Assembly: GCA_026023565.1 (NCBI GenBank)
Contig: JAPETS010000052.1
Location: 1 to 64,000, forward strand
Reading direction: 5' to 3'
Source: Cirrosporium novae-zelandiae
Taxonomy: Eukaryota
DNA: 64,000 bases
Below are positions 11,820 to 23,893 of this stretch, piece after piece. The first letter of the stretch is position 1, and each line of letters opens with the position of its first letter. The notes beneath the pieces are model-generated. The model was not told where the DNA came from and ran no database searches. It worked only from the letters and a program-made list of their open reading frames with translations. The position numbers and the translations under genes are program-made.

Positions 11820-14040
11820 GGCTAGGGGGAGGGGGGATACGGCAAGGCAAGTCCTCTTTGATAACCAAGATCGGGGACTTTGCCTTACTAAGGGGTTGGC
11901 TGTACCCATGAAAAGAGAAATAAGGAAGAAGCAAAAAAAAAGCCTAAGTTGCTTGTGTGTATCTGTGTGTGCATCCGATTATGGTATGGGGCATGTATGT
12001 GTGTGTGTGGGTGGATGTACGAAACAATGAGCTATAACATTACGATCTTGTTCAATATACCTTTCCCACAAAAAAAAGAGAGAGATAAGGTGACCAGGAC
12101 CTAAAAAAAAAGAAAAAGCCTGGTTGTAATATTTTTATCTGTGTGTGCGTGTGTGTGTGTGTGGTGTGTACAGGCGCGTGTCTTTCCAAAAAGCACAATT
12201 ATTATGACATTGAATCCTTCATCCCAAAGGTCCGCCCACCGACGGACTGACAAGGCTACAACGGATGACGGAAGGGGAAGGGGCAAGGGAAAGGGAAAGG
12301 GAAGAGGGGTGTGCGTACGTGTGTACGTGTATGTGTCTGTGTTATATGTACGAATACTGGCCCTGTCAACCCAGATCCCAATGATCCAAAGACCAAAGCA
12401 CAATTGAAGAGATCGCAGAATCCTCACTGGCTATTAAGCCCTAGCAACTTTCACACACACAATAGCAACAACACCCCCTTCCCTCCCATCTTCGCATTCG
12501 CATTTATTACAAATTCCAACTTTACTTACAGTAATAATTTCACCAACCCTCTCCCCTCTCTCCCCAAAAATTCCTCAATCCCTGTTTGCCCTGTTATTAT
12601 TGCTGTTGTTGTTCTTCTTCTTCCCCCAATTCCCGGTCCCTAGCCCCTGTTCCCTGTTCCCTGCCCCCCTCCGAAACTCCAAACCCCAACCACCAAACCC
12701 CTGCTTAGATTACTTGGTCTTGGTCCACCTCAAATCCTGGTAAATTATTTGGCAACCGGAAGCGCCTCTTGCCTTACCCCCGCTGTTGGCTTGCTGCTGC
12801 TGCTTAGCTACTACTGTACTGCCATCCGGAGATTAGGGATCCATGGTCCTATTTTTTATTTTTATTCCAAAAAGAAAAAACAATTACACAAAGACTTAAA
12901 AAAACGTACCTTTTTGTTTTCCCCTCTTAACTAAGTTCCGTTTGGGGGATATTATACATACATAGTTTAAAGGCAAAATCAAAAAAGGAAAAAAGGGAGG
13001 GAAAGAAAGGAGAAAAAAAATAAAAGAAGAAAGGCCCAAAGTCCAAATCAGGTTAATGATGGTTGGAAGAATAATGAATAATTAGAAAAAAATTTGCCAC
13101 CACAACCAACCCCGAGTAATCCCCTTTTCCTTGGAATGGAATGTTGTTTTATTTCTTAGGCATTTGAACTTTTGTTTTTTTTTGTTTTTTTCAATTGGGA
13201 TGGGATGGGATGGGATGAATGATATTGGATAACTGGATGATGATATGAGATTTAGGGGATTAGGGGAGGGATATGAGGATTGGATTATTTGTGAATGGAA
13301 AAAATAACTTACCCTTTACCCTTGCCCTTATTACTTTAACTTATTTCTTTACTTATTGCTCTTTCACTTATTATTAACAACCCTATCTATATTTACAACG
13401 CCCCTCTTCCTCCTACCCTGTCCCTGCCCATGCCCTCTCTCCCCCCCCTCTCTCTACTTCTTCTTTTCCCCTCTCGTAATCTTATCTCTGGACTTTTCAA
13501 AAAATGTTGGTTATTTTTTTCTTCTTCTCTTTCCGTTTTTTTTTTTTTTTACTTTTTTTACTTTTGCGGTGACCGAAGAAGCTTACTTTACTTTTTTTTT
13601 CTATTCCGTGCATACAACAACATGACACATACATACATATACCCACACCACATAACTAAAATATCTTCTCTCTCTCTTGCACAAAAAAAACAAACAAAAA
13701 AGGTTGAAACGCGCTAAACCTGTCATCTTAAAGCCTAATTTTAATTCATGATACCGTTTTTTCCCCCGACCTTTTCCCCCAAACGAAACACGAATGGATA
13801 TTTTCTTTTCTTTTCTGGGAGTACTACTTTGTGTGTGGAGGAGGGGAAAAGGTGGGATATTCTTTGAATTACAATCAAGGTGCATCAAGTGGGGGGTTGG
13901 TTGGTTGGTTTCATTCTTGTTTTGTTTTTTGTTGATCTTGTTGTATAGGGCTGTAGTGCTGTATTGGTTGTTATTGGATTTAAACCATGATCTTTGTTGC
14001 CTCAAAAATCACTAGAAAAATAAATGAAGCGAGAATATCT
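11820..14040. repeat. Low-complexity, microsatellite-rich region downstream of the forkhead gene
   Basis: (GT)n near 11999-12008 and 12140-12162, purine-rich GGGAA-type repeats at 12270-12309, (TGGGA)n at 13196-13217, and many poly-A/poly-T runs. Confidence 0.75.
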
Positions 14041-16344
14041 AACTAAAATAGTTCCCGAGAGGGGGGAAGGCAACGCGGAGCTTTTAGAGATCAGCAACTT
14101 TTTATGAGGCAACACCCCTCGCCACTTCATTTCATATTCTGTATTTTGTTTACGTGTTCTTTGGATCATATATGTCTTGGTTCTGTTTCTGGTTTATACA
14201 ATAGCCAACAATGGGTTGGGGAAGGATTTTTATTAGGTGTTAGTATTATTTAGTTAGTGGTGGCATGGTACTTACAACCGTGCTTTTCCGTGGAAAGGCG
14301 TACCTCCCCCCTGTCTTTAAAACCCAAGTGGTCAAATCCTAACGCCTTACCGTTTATTATTATCTCTTATGCTTATTTTATGATTCCTTAATTGGAACCG
14401 GAAGTATAAATCTGGTTAAAGTTTTTTTTGGTTCACCATTCATTGGTGGTCCGTTTGCATGCATGACGTTTTTATAGGTGTTTTGGCTGATTAAAGTTAT
14501 GTCATGTTATTTTCTTTTTTCATATTGCCATATGGTATTGGTGATGATAGTACTGAGCAACGGACAGTAAAGAGCTAGCCAGTCAATAAGACAATAATGT
14601 TGGTTGCGCGCTTGGCTGTCAATCAGGATCAAGGATCGAATTGCTCACTCACCAGCGGTTAGCGAAAAAAAAAAGGGGATCTATCGAGTTACAGTAATAG
14701 AGTAATAGTAGGTATTAGTTGGACAGGAACAAAGTCCAAGGTAACAATAGAGCTCACATCACAAATTCTTCTCTTCCCCTTTGAAACTATTGGGTCGGAG
14801 CCTAGGCCGGGGATATTTTATTTTTCATATTTTTTTCATTTGTGGAGATGTCATTTTGTGTGTATGGTTAGGTTAGGCATAGATTTGCTACTAGTTAGGT
14901 CATTGATCGTTGCTGCTATTGTTATTTTTTCTATCTCATCTTGAGAGTCTAGAGCGTAGTAAAGTTGAAGTTTTGGCTCTTTTGTTGAATATCTACTGCA
15001 TAGTTAATTTTCCTGGAACCGAGATGAAAGTTATTGGGATAGATAGATCCTATGAGGGAAGGTCTAGCCAGTTAGTTAGTTTCCAGCAGTAACTACCACG
15101 CCTAGCAGTCAGTCAGCAGCCCTAACTCCTACCCACCACCTACATCTCATAGTTAGTTATGAAGCTGAGCCTTGGAGTCCCTATGTAACTTACTTACTGT
15201 ATCATTCGCCAGCCTCCTCCCCCCCACGTCCCCCCCACAGCCGCATCTCAGAAATTCGAAAGCTGTTATTTCCGCCTGTAGGTCGTCCATACATCATCTA
15301 TATTTTGTTACCCTTTCAATTTCCCACGCATTTGACAGAGAAAAAAAAATATCTTATTGCGGAATGTACCGGGATTATAGGCAACTATGGCAGCCTTAAT
15401 GCGCTGAGTGATATCCGTTCCGAACCGCGCCACTGCCACCGTGCATTAAGTTCATATCGAATTTTGTGACGAAGTAACCAGGGTTGACATGTAATATCTT
15501 GGGAACTGTGGATAGACTAGTAATGGAGTTTAGATCCTCCTGCACGGCAACTGGTAGATAGCTTCAAGAGATACTTCCGGGTTCCTTGTAGCATGGGGGT
15601 TGGTTGGCCTAATTTCAAAAATAAGTGCATCAGTTATGTGTGGGATTATGAACATAATGCCAAGGTTGCCTTTTCAGGGATCATGTCAATATCTTTCTCG
15701 TGAGTAGTAGTAGATGTGTGGAACGCCCTGCATGCATGAAGACCGAGTATCTCCATCGACAAGTTCTAGATTCGCAGATCCTTGGTAGCCTTTGCATATA
15801 AGAGGGGCAACTTATAGTCTCGTTTCAGCATCAGAAAGCCATTATAGTTTAGGGGAAAAAGTATTGTGCGGGGTAAATAAGGAAGGCATTAGTCCTAGCG
15901 AAATTAAAGGGTATGTATATATTTTCTCTAGTCTAGTGCGATATAAGGCGTGAGTGATGTACTAGAGTTCTAGTTGTATCGGTAGCGAAATTATACTCGA
16001 GTAGATGCCGATGCACTTATAGACCTTATCTGCTAGGACTAGCGGCATATGCAGGATCAGCTACGAGGCACATAGTGGAGACTGAGCGCCTGCGCGTTGG
16101 ATAAAGGCATCAGCCTTTTTGAAGCGGCATTTATGTTGCATAAGCGATGCATCTAAATATTAACTATGGAATCAACCTTGGGAAGCATATCGTTACGCTC
16201 CAAGGTTTCATGTCCCAATACTCTGTTCGGCTAAGCCAGGTTTAATCAAGCTAGAGTCTGAAAATGAAGCAAATTAGGGTGAGTTTTATGATGTCTGGCT
16301 TGCATGAAGAATAAAAGTAGCCCTACAGTTATTATAAATATTAC

Positions 16345-16920
16345 CTATATCTCAGCAATGCCTTCACCCGAAGAGGGGCGACCCGAGGTTGGATCGACAC
16401 TTGACCGACAGCCTCTTCGCACGTTGTTTGTGTTGCCTCCAGGCACAAAAATCTAACCCGGTTGGTGGGTAGGACGAGGATAAAATGGATAAAAGTTGGC
16501 TTTAGGGAAACAATAGACTTGAGGATCAACATTTTCGGTCTGCCGAACATGTGTTATTACGGAGCGGCTTCATGGCCCGCTCCGCCAATCCGTTGAATAT
16601 TTCAATTTGCAATATCGCAGAGGACCGTTTTTAGGCTTATTCATTGGCATGTAGTTGCGATCGAGGAACCTCGGTAGCAGGGGAGGAGAGGGAACCGGCA
16701 GTCGGGTGACATGGTATTTTGGCCATTCGGTCATGGACCTACTATCAAGTAGTCTACTGTCTACACCGTAATGTGTAGTTATCTGATGCAGGCCTTAGCA
16801 ATCTCTAGAGTGTTAGTATCTCGCTCGCGGAAGCAGTTCCACGGGCCGAACCTTGAGGTGGTGAGCTACACCATTAGGCCAATGTTCTCCGACCCAATCA
16901 TCAACGTTGACCTTCCTAAT
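16345..16920 (+). ncRNA. Candidate structured non-coding RNA (family unidentified; strand and ends uncertain)
   Basis: TATAAATA at 16333-16340 is followed by a series of hairpins (for example 16369-16376/16412-16419 and 16560-16567/16577-16584). No credible ORF covers it. Confidence 0.3.
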
Positions 16921-19181
16921 AAAGATATGCTCATTTCATTCCCTTTCTTAACAGGGTTCTTTATCTTTCCGTGGGCGATCCTCAACCACTTAGTTCGTGA
17001 AACAAAATCCTAATGGTCTTATGTGTTACATGGATCTTCCCAGATAGCTTGGTTGTTTTAATATGGGGAAGTACAAATGCCTTCCCCGTCGTGCTCACAT
17101 CTCACAATTGCGGTTCCACAAGGATTGTGGGGTGGTCTGCAGGAGGGATCCAGGGGTCAATGAGCACCTTATTCGCTGGTAAGGATTCAAGGGTATTCTG
17201 TGAAAGGCCTAGAATGGCATATCATGACCTGGAGCGGGACTTCATATTGGTAGGGAATGGTCCACGGCGATCTAAACGGGCCTTCAAACGTATCAACAAA
17301 ATTGAAAATGTCAAGACTTACAGAATGAGTTACGGGAGGAAGATGAAGGCAGGTTGTTAATATCCGGGAAGGGAACTGGTGGTTCAAAATATGCTCGAGG
17401 TTATATGCGCCAACAACAGCTTCGGGATTGAGTGGCGACTTGCATAGGCCAGACACGGGAGACATTATACAAAGTGAAATGAATAACAGCGAAGCGGATA
17501 AGTAGAAGCAGCCATAGAAAGTTGATGGATTAGGGAATTAGAAATTATCTCAATCAAAATATTGATGGGCATTATAATTTTGCAAAAACTAAACATCATG
17601 ATCAACAATACATCAGACAATGGTTGACTTGAAACAATCATCATCTGGAATGATATTTTACTTCTGCGGTGAAAAAGAATATAAAAAAAATAAAAAAAAA
17701 ATAAAGGCCTTCGTCATCCACTAACGAAGGTTAATGGAATGGCACCTCTGGGTCAGTGCATACTTTCCTGTCACAGAATCAAATGTTCATGGGTATACGA
17801 TGTACAAACTACGCCTTCCCTCAACTCCGGACAGCTGCAATAACCATGTGCAAGTGACACCTGTCAATTGTGAACAGCGGCTGTGGAGTGCGGTTGTTTT
17901 AACCAAGAATACCCCAGGTAACTCAACCAATCGAGATTCCGTGAGTACTGTGAGACAAGGTCATGACTTGTAGAAGGGAGCTGGCATTGAAAAAATGCAA
18001 GTATCCTGACGGAACGTGTGTGTGTTCTTGCGGATGTGGGGTGACAAATCTGTAAGAAAGGGTGGTATGACGATTATTATTTGCATGTGGAACTATCGGA
18101 AGATCATGGCTTAGCAAAGTACTCCGAGAAGAAGGAGCACAAATATAGAGAAGAGAGCTCCATGCACTCATCCTCGGAATAGATTTCAACAGTTCCACAA
18201 GGATAGCCAACTTGCATTCTTGAATTAACTGAATGAAGTCCTGTCGACTAAGTTAAGGAGGATCAAGAAGGTGTTAGGAGGTAGGACCTCAGTGTTAGAA
18301 GTAATGGTATCCGGATGTACGGTATAGAGGTGTATGAAAAAATGTATAACGTTGAATAGTGGTTGAATCTTGAAGACGGAGAACGGCGAGATTAGTACTA
18401 GATCAGGAAAGAAGATTTGGTACGCAACGGCCTCTTGCATGAATAATGATAGAACAATGTAAAATATCAGAGTCAATGTCAGAGTTAATGTCAATGTTGA
18501 TGTGTATGAAAATGACTTGAGGAAAAAAAAGCAAAGAAATGGAAGCTACAAAGTACCACCACGATCGGAGAATAAAATTACCTGAATCTCTAATTAGCCA
18601 AAGAAGCAATCTGATTTTTTTAATAATTTTTTGCTGACGTACAGCGCTCTTTATTTCTATTTTATTATTTTTGTCCCTAAATGATTTCTCCTTCAATTGA
18701 TATATAGTACTTTTATGAAATTATGATGAACCGTTATACCGTTCGGGAGATGAAAATCAACCCCACGTTCTTCAAATGTCTCATCCCCGTTTTGCGGACA
18801 ATTAAAACAAAACCCGGACAGGCCCATTCCCCTGTTTCCACCAATGATTTAATATACAAAACACAGCAGAGGATATTGTTCCTGCTTTCATATACCCCAC
18901 AAAATGCGGAGGGGCCAGAACTATCTCCCAAATTGTTTCAGATCCGAGTTGTGGGGCAATGTCCAACCTATAGCAATTCTCTAGATATATTTTCATCTCC
19001 TTCTTTCATTTACGGCGAAATTTTTGCATAGTACAATCCCACACATATCATGTGTTGGCTTTCGAGGGGAAAGAGGAACGGAAATTAGAATAGCAAGGAA
19101 TAGAAATATCTTGGAATATACCATTGTTTCTCAAAATGCTGCTTTCATTGTACCTTTACATCCTCTCTCCAGTGTTTCAAG

Positions 19182-20722
19182 ATGCAGTTCAAGGCCCTGC
19201 TTCCATTGGTGCTTCTGCAGCTGCCATTGATCATTGCTTCCCCAGGCGATGATTCTCCTCTTGTGTGGAACAGCAAAAGAGTTACATATGGCTCTACCAA
19301 GATCAGCTCTCGCCCAAACATAACTTACTCTCCCTATCAGCCCAAGACAGTTTATACATCCCCGGCAAGAACCAAAGTCTGCTATGTCTCAACCCACAAC
19401 GGCACCGCCGACGATTCGGAGTATATCCTACAGGCAATCAACGAGTGCAACCCCAATGGCCATGTAGTATTCTCCGCCGAAAACACATATACCATTGGCA
19501 CAGCCCTGGATTTGACAAACCTCACCCATGTTGATCTTGGTAAGTTATCTTTGAAGAACATGCTAGGCTGAATCTTGCTAACAAGTTGTTCCACCATATA
19601 GATATCCAAGGCTATATCAAGTTCACAAACGACACTGACTACTGGCAAGCCAACGGCTTCTACCAAACGTTCCAAAATGCCACTACTTTCTTCCAACTCG
19701 GTGGTGAAGATGTCAACGTTTACGGAGGAGGAACACTTGATGGAAATGGTCAAATTTGGTAGGCCCCCCTTGGATTCGTTGATGCTATAGCTCCAAATTC
19801 TAACCAAGAGGTAGGTACGACTTATACGCCGAGGACGAGTACATCCTTCGCCCCATCCTTTTCGGCATCATTGGCCTCAAATCTGGCACAATAGCAGACC
19901 TAAAACTCCGCTACTCCCCACAATGGTACAATCTCATCGCAAATTCCAGCGATGTCGTCTACGATAACATCGACATCAGCGGCTACAGCAATAGTGAAAA
20001 TGATGCTAAGAATACCGACGGCTGGGACACCTACCGATGCGATGGCATCACAATCCAGAATTCCGTCATTAACAATGGCGATGACTGCGTCTCCTTCAAA
20101 CCAAACAGCACCAACATCCTCATTCAATCCCTCCACTGCAACGGCTCCCACGGTATCAGTGTCGGCTCCCTAGGCCAGTATATCGGCGAGGTCGATATCG
20201 TGGAGAATATCTACGTCGCCAATATCAGTATGTACAACGCCTCCGACGGCGCGCGCATCAAGGTGTGGCCAGGAGTTGCTAGCGCACTGAGCGGCGATTT
20301 GCAAGGGGGTGGTGGCAGCGGTTCCGTCAAAAATGTCACTTACGAAGACATGTATGTCAATAATGTGGCTTACGCCATCGAGGTCACCCAATGCTACGGA
20401 CAGAGCAACAAGACATTGTGTTCGGAATACCCAGTAAGTTTACTTCTCTCCTCCCAAGCTTCTTTCCGGAAAGGACCAGGAACAAGAACTAATAAAACTT
20501 TCTATCTAGTCAAGCCTCACCATCGACGACATCTTATTCAAGAACTTCACGGGCAAAACTAGTTCGAAGCACGATCCGTACGTAGGTACAATAGTGTGCT
20601 CGAGCACGACTGTGTGTTCCAACATCAGCGCTGTAGATATCGATGTCACAGCTCCCAGCGGAGGGGATGATTTCGTGTGCACGAATGTGGATGAAAGTTT
20701 GTTAGATGTGGATTGTGTATAA
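19182..20722 (+). CDS. pgaX: Secreted GH28 exopolygalacturonase (PgaX-type); exons 19182-19539, 19602-19758, 19815-20433, 20510-20722
   Basis: Signal peptide plus GH28 motifs NTDG, GDD, GSHG and RIK. Stretches such as [27 protein letters not shown] and [14 protein letters not shown] match Aspergillus PgaX as I recall it. Three GT-AG introns keep the frame. Confidence 0.95.
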
Positions 20723-21187
20723 GAATACTTTGTTGTGGAGTTGGGCGAATGTTGAGCTAGTAAATAAAATAGATAGATGAATATATACCATGTATATATG
20801 TATCCTATGACCGTTTCGCGATTTTAGTATGTAGTGTGTTGACTATACTACGCCTGTTGGGGCCTTGATAGATGGTACTGGGTAAACAGGTACTCATCGC
20901 AAAATACAAAGGAGGCTTGACATTGAATCATGAATGTTTTGTTTGTCATTCCATTGTCTTAACTCTACCCATCATCATTGGGTCTTAGGATACCCACGAT
21001 CCCTTGACCACGCCTTCACGAACTTTCTTTGCTTGTGACTAAAAAGCTCCAGTTCTCAATAGTAGGTAGGTCTCATAGAGAAAAAACATTTCCTTTTCCT
21101 TCCTTCCATTTCGCACAGCCCACCCACTTCTCGTCTCCGTTGACAACAAGCTCCCCAAATGAACAGAACAATAGCCTCATTGTCTAT

Positions 21188-22599
21188 CTACCGCTTGCTG
21201 GTCTTTGCTTGACTTTCCTTGAGTACCTTCTTTACAATCTTTTGCTCCTCGATCAGGAAAGCACGGACGACACGGTCTTTGACGCAGTTGGCGCATCGAG
21301 ATCCGCCATATGCTCTTTGAACAGTTTTCTTGGGTCGAGAGACTACAGATTGAGGATGGGTTAGTTGGATGGAGGTTTTGGAATATATAGATAATATATA
21401 GATATTTTGGGTTGAATATTGTTGAGGGTAAAGAATTTATGCATTATAGGGATGGAGAGACTGACTGGTAGCATATTCTCGGGGACGTAGAGCAGGGACA
21501 CCTGCAAGTTTAATGCCACAGTCACCACATTTTGCTGTCGATCGTTATTAGTATAAGTTGAAGATGGAAGATGTGATCTTAGGACTTACGGGCAGTTGCC
21601 TTCTTTGTGACCTTGAGGTAGCGGATTTTACCACCAGGAGTCTTGATGACACGGTTGAGATTGCTCTTGGTATTGTAGCTCTAGAAACAGGTTCTGTTAG
21701 TTCGATTGTTCAGAACTGAGTGTTACATGCCGTGTTTGAGATTGGGGCTGACAGCCATATTGGTGTCAATCAAAGTGTATATGGGTTCTATAACTGCTCG
21801 GAGAATATAATTGCGATGACAAGGGAGTGGTTTATGAATACGGAAGTGAATAAAGGGGGCTGGCAAATCAAGTCGAAGAAGATGGACTGTAGATTATACA
21901 AATGTCCAATTTGATTATCCTCGAGTCGATTTTCCTCACTTCACATGATGGTTAAGAGTTTTAGACAGGACGACAATGCATAACGAAAATATGACGGCGA
22001 TATATGCGGGGTATCGGGGTAAAAATTCGCGCAAAGAGAGATTCAGGGGAGCCTATGGGACCGGCGAGTCCGACTGTATCCTTCTTCAGATAGATCCTCA
22101 TTCTTCGGTCAAGAAAGAGTTATTATTTGAAACATAACCGGAGGTAGGATACTCGAAAACCTTTCGAGGTAGATTCAGCAGAATGGTTGCAGTTCATCCA
22201 TCACTGTCGCCGCAGTTCTGCCACTATCCAAAACCAGGGATTGTTTTTATATCCACGAAAAATCCATAGAGAATAAAAATTCCTGATGGCCCTAGAAGGT
22301 TTTATTCGCTCTGTTCCGCAATTGTTCCCAAGATCTCCTAGAACCTCTCTAGCTGAATCATATTCCTTGGGGAATGGATTTAAAGCGCAATTCGCAACAA
22401 TATTTAACCAGGCGACTTCGGTAAAATGACAAAGGAATGGGGTTCTCCTACTTTTCTCGTTCGGTAGGTGACTGGGGGAGTAAAGGTCAGCTGGATATTT
22501 CACGATCAGGATTCATTTACACTCACGGCGGTGGGAGGCCTATATCAGCAAGTTAGCAACTATACAGCATCAAACAGAAGATCTCAAGAGGCATACCAT
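21188..22599 (-). CDS. RPL34: 60S ribosomal protein eL34; exons 22599-22597, 22539-22527, 22471-22452, 21680-21590, 21534-21466, 21342-21188
   Basis: The spliced product [116 protein letters not shown] is a typical eL34 with its zinc-binding cysteines. The ORF track misses it because the exons are very short. Confidence 0.94.
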
Positions 22600-22720
22600 T
22601 GTGACTGAGTTCTATGCCGTAATTTGTCGTGTCGTGAGGCGTGTCGTTGGAGATAATCTTAGAGGAGTTCACAGAAATTCGCTTGCAAACATGGTGGGTA
22701 CGGAAATCCCCCCTTGTCAT

Positions 22721-22728
22721 TTAGGGCT
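22721..22728 (-). promoter_or_regulatory. AGCCCTAA (Tbf1-type) ribosomal protein promoter motif
   Basis: TTAGGGCT on the + strand lies about 120 bp upstream of the RPL34 ATG. This motif is known upstream of ribosomal protein genes in filamentous ascomycetes and Candida. Confidence 0.55.
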
Positions 22729-23028
22729 GGAGACCTCTCTACTTTAAGCTAGCTATTCATACCTCAGGTGTCCAACTCTAAATCAGCATCATCTCTATCA
22801 AATGCCCCCAGCTGCCCCACATCAATACTTTTTACAATTTCAAGCCTTCCGGTTGGCTTTGATCTATTTTTTTTAAAAAACAAAGTGGCTACCTGAGATT
22901 TGAAGAGGTTTTTGTGAATAATGGCTCACGCCTCGCTTAGTGCCCAGGGCAGCCGAAATCCCAAGGTCCAAGACCCGCCAATCCATTGTTAATATTATTC
23001 TTTGCTCACCATTTTGATCACATCAATT

Positions 23029-23100
23029 AGCATGTTGGCTCAGGGGAAGAGCGCCGGGCTCATAACCCGGAGGTCCTGCGATCGAAACGCAGACATGCTA
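23029..23100 (+). tRNA. tRNA-iMet (CAT), initiator
   Basis: Cloverleaf with acceptor stem AGCATGT/ACATGCT (A1:U72), anticodon arm CCGGG-CTCATAA-CCCGG and the initiator-type T-loop ATCGAAA. Confidence 0.97.
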
Positions 23101-23320
23101 TAAGACGTTCTGTGATTGAATCACAGGTATTCGCGGTTGTTTTTGACTCTTTTTGCATTCAACTTCAAGCTTTGACTTTCGAAAACATCAAAACCGCCCG
23201 GTCTTGGCAACCAGTGTACTTGTTTCGCACCGAGCTTTCTCCGTTATTTTTTCTCTCTTGAATATGCTTATTGCGCAAAATGTACTGGTTCTAATTGCAG
23301 CTTCAATAAACTATCGCCAC

Positions 23321-23420
23321 GTCAGTGTGTCCGAGTGGTTAAGGAGTGTGACTTGAATTTGCTGTTGGCAATTGATATCACATGGGTTCGCCCGCACAGG
23401 TTCAAACCCTGTCGCTGACG
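23321..23420 (+). tRNA. tRNA-Ser (TGA), intron-containing
   Basis: Acceptor stem GTCAGTG/CGCTGAC, D-arm GTCCGAGTGGTTAAGGAG, anticodon CT-TGA-A followed by an intron of about 18 nt, long variable arm TGGGTTCGCCCG, T-arm ACAGG-TTCAAAC-CCTGT and a downstream T-run. Confidence 0.95.
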
Positions 23421-23893
23421 GTTTAACATTTTTTGTATTTTGCTGCTCTGACATGCTGTGATATATATGACTAATAGGTGTATTCCTCTTGTGAGCTCAA
23501 TCTTATAACCCAGGATTACAGTTTTAACCTCAATATTTCTTTTCATTTGACAAGAGATCTTTGGTGTGACGATCTCGGATTGAGTATATTTTTCTATATG
23601 ATATCGTGAAATGTTAATGATGAGTCTTGTAGAATATGCTTCTATTTTCTAAATAGTCTATGCCTCTCTTTCCCTCTTCTCTTTCCCATCACACGCTCAT
23701 ATATCAAATTCTAAACTTCCCATTCCCATATCTATCATACTATCCCCAAATCAGCGAGCTACTTTGTGATTCTAGCACGCCTCGATAGGAGCATCTTTTT
23801 GTCAAACCCTATAGATAACTGATGACTGCCAAGGTTTTATTCCAATAAAGAGCCTAGCCAAAGCCGTTCACGTGATGTTGACTAGCGGAATGT

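Noticed and set aside
15671..15687. TTTTCAGGGATCATGTC, resembling U3 snoRNA box A
   Set aside because: No boxes C', B, C or D found at the expected spacing.
16345..16370. GCTGAGAT on the minus strand, suggesting a TPP riboswitch
   Set aside because: The downstream core (AUAC...ACUUGAU...GAUAAU...GCG) is missing and no thiamine gene is nearby.
16453..16459. CTAACCC as a definite telomerase RNA template
   Set aside because: Only 7 nt, shorter than the usual 8-9 nt, able to pair with the downstream GGGTAG, and no clear pseudoknot or CR4/5 was found. Kept only as a weak hint.
17013..19031. Several 60-115 aa ORFs upstream of pgaX
   Set aside because: No recognisable motifs. Some derive from short tandem repeats, such as TLTLTL from a 12-mer repeat.
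21029..21364. 111-aa ORF on the + strand
   Set aside because: Antisense shadow of the last RPL34 exon.
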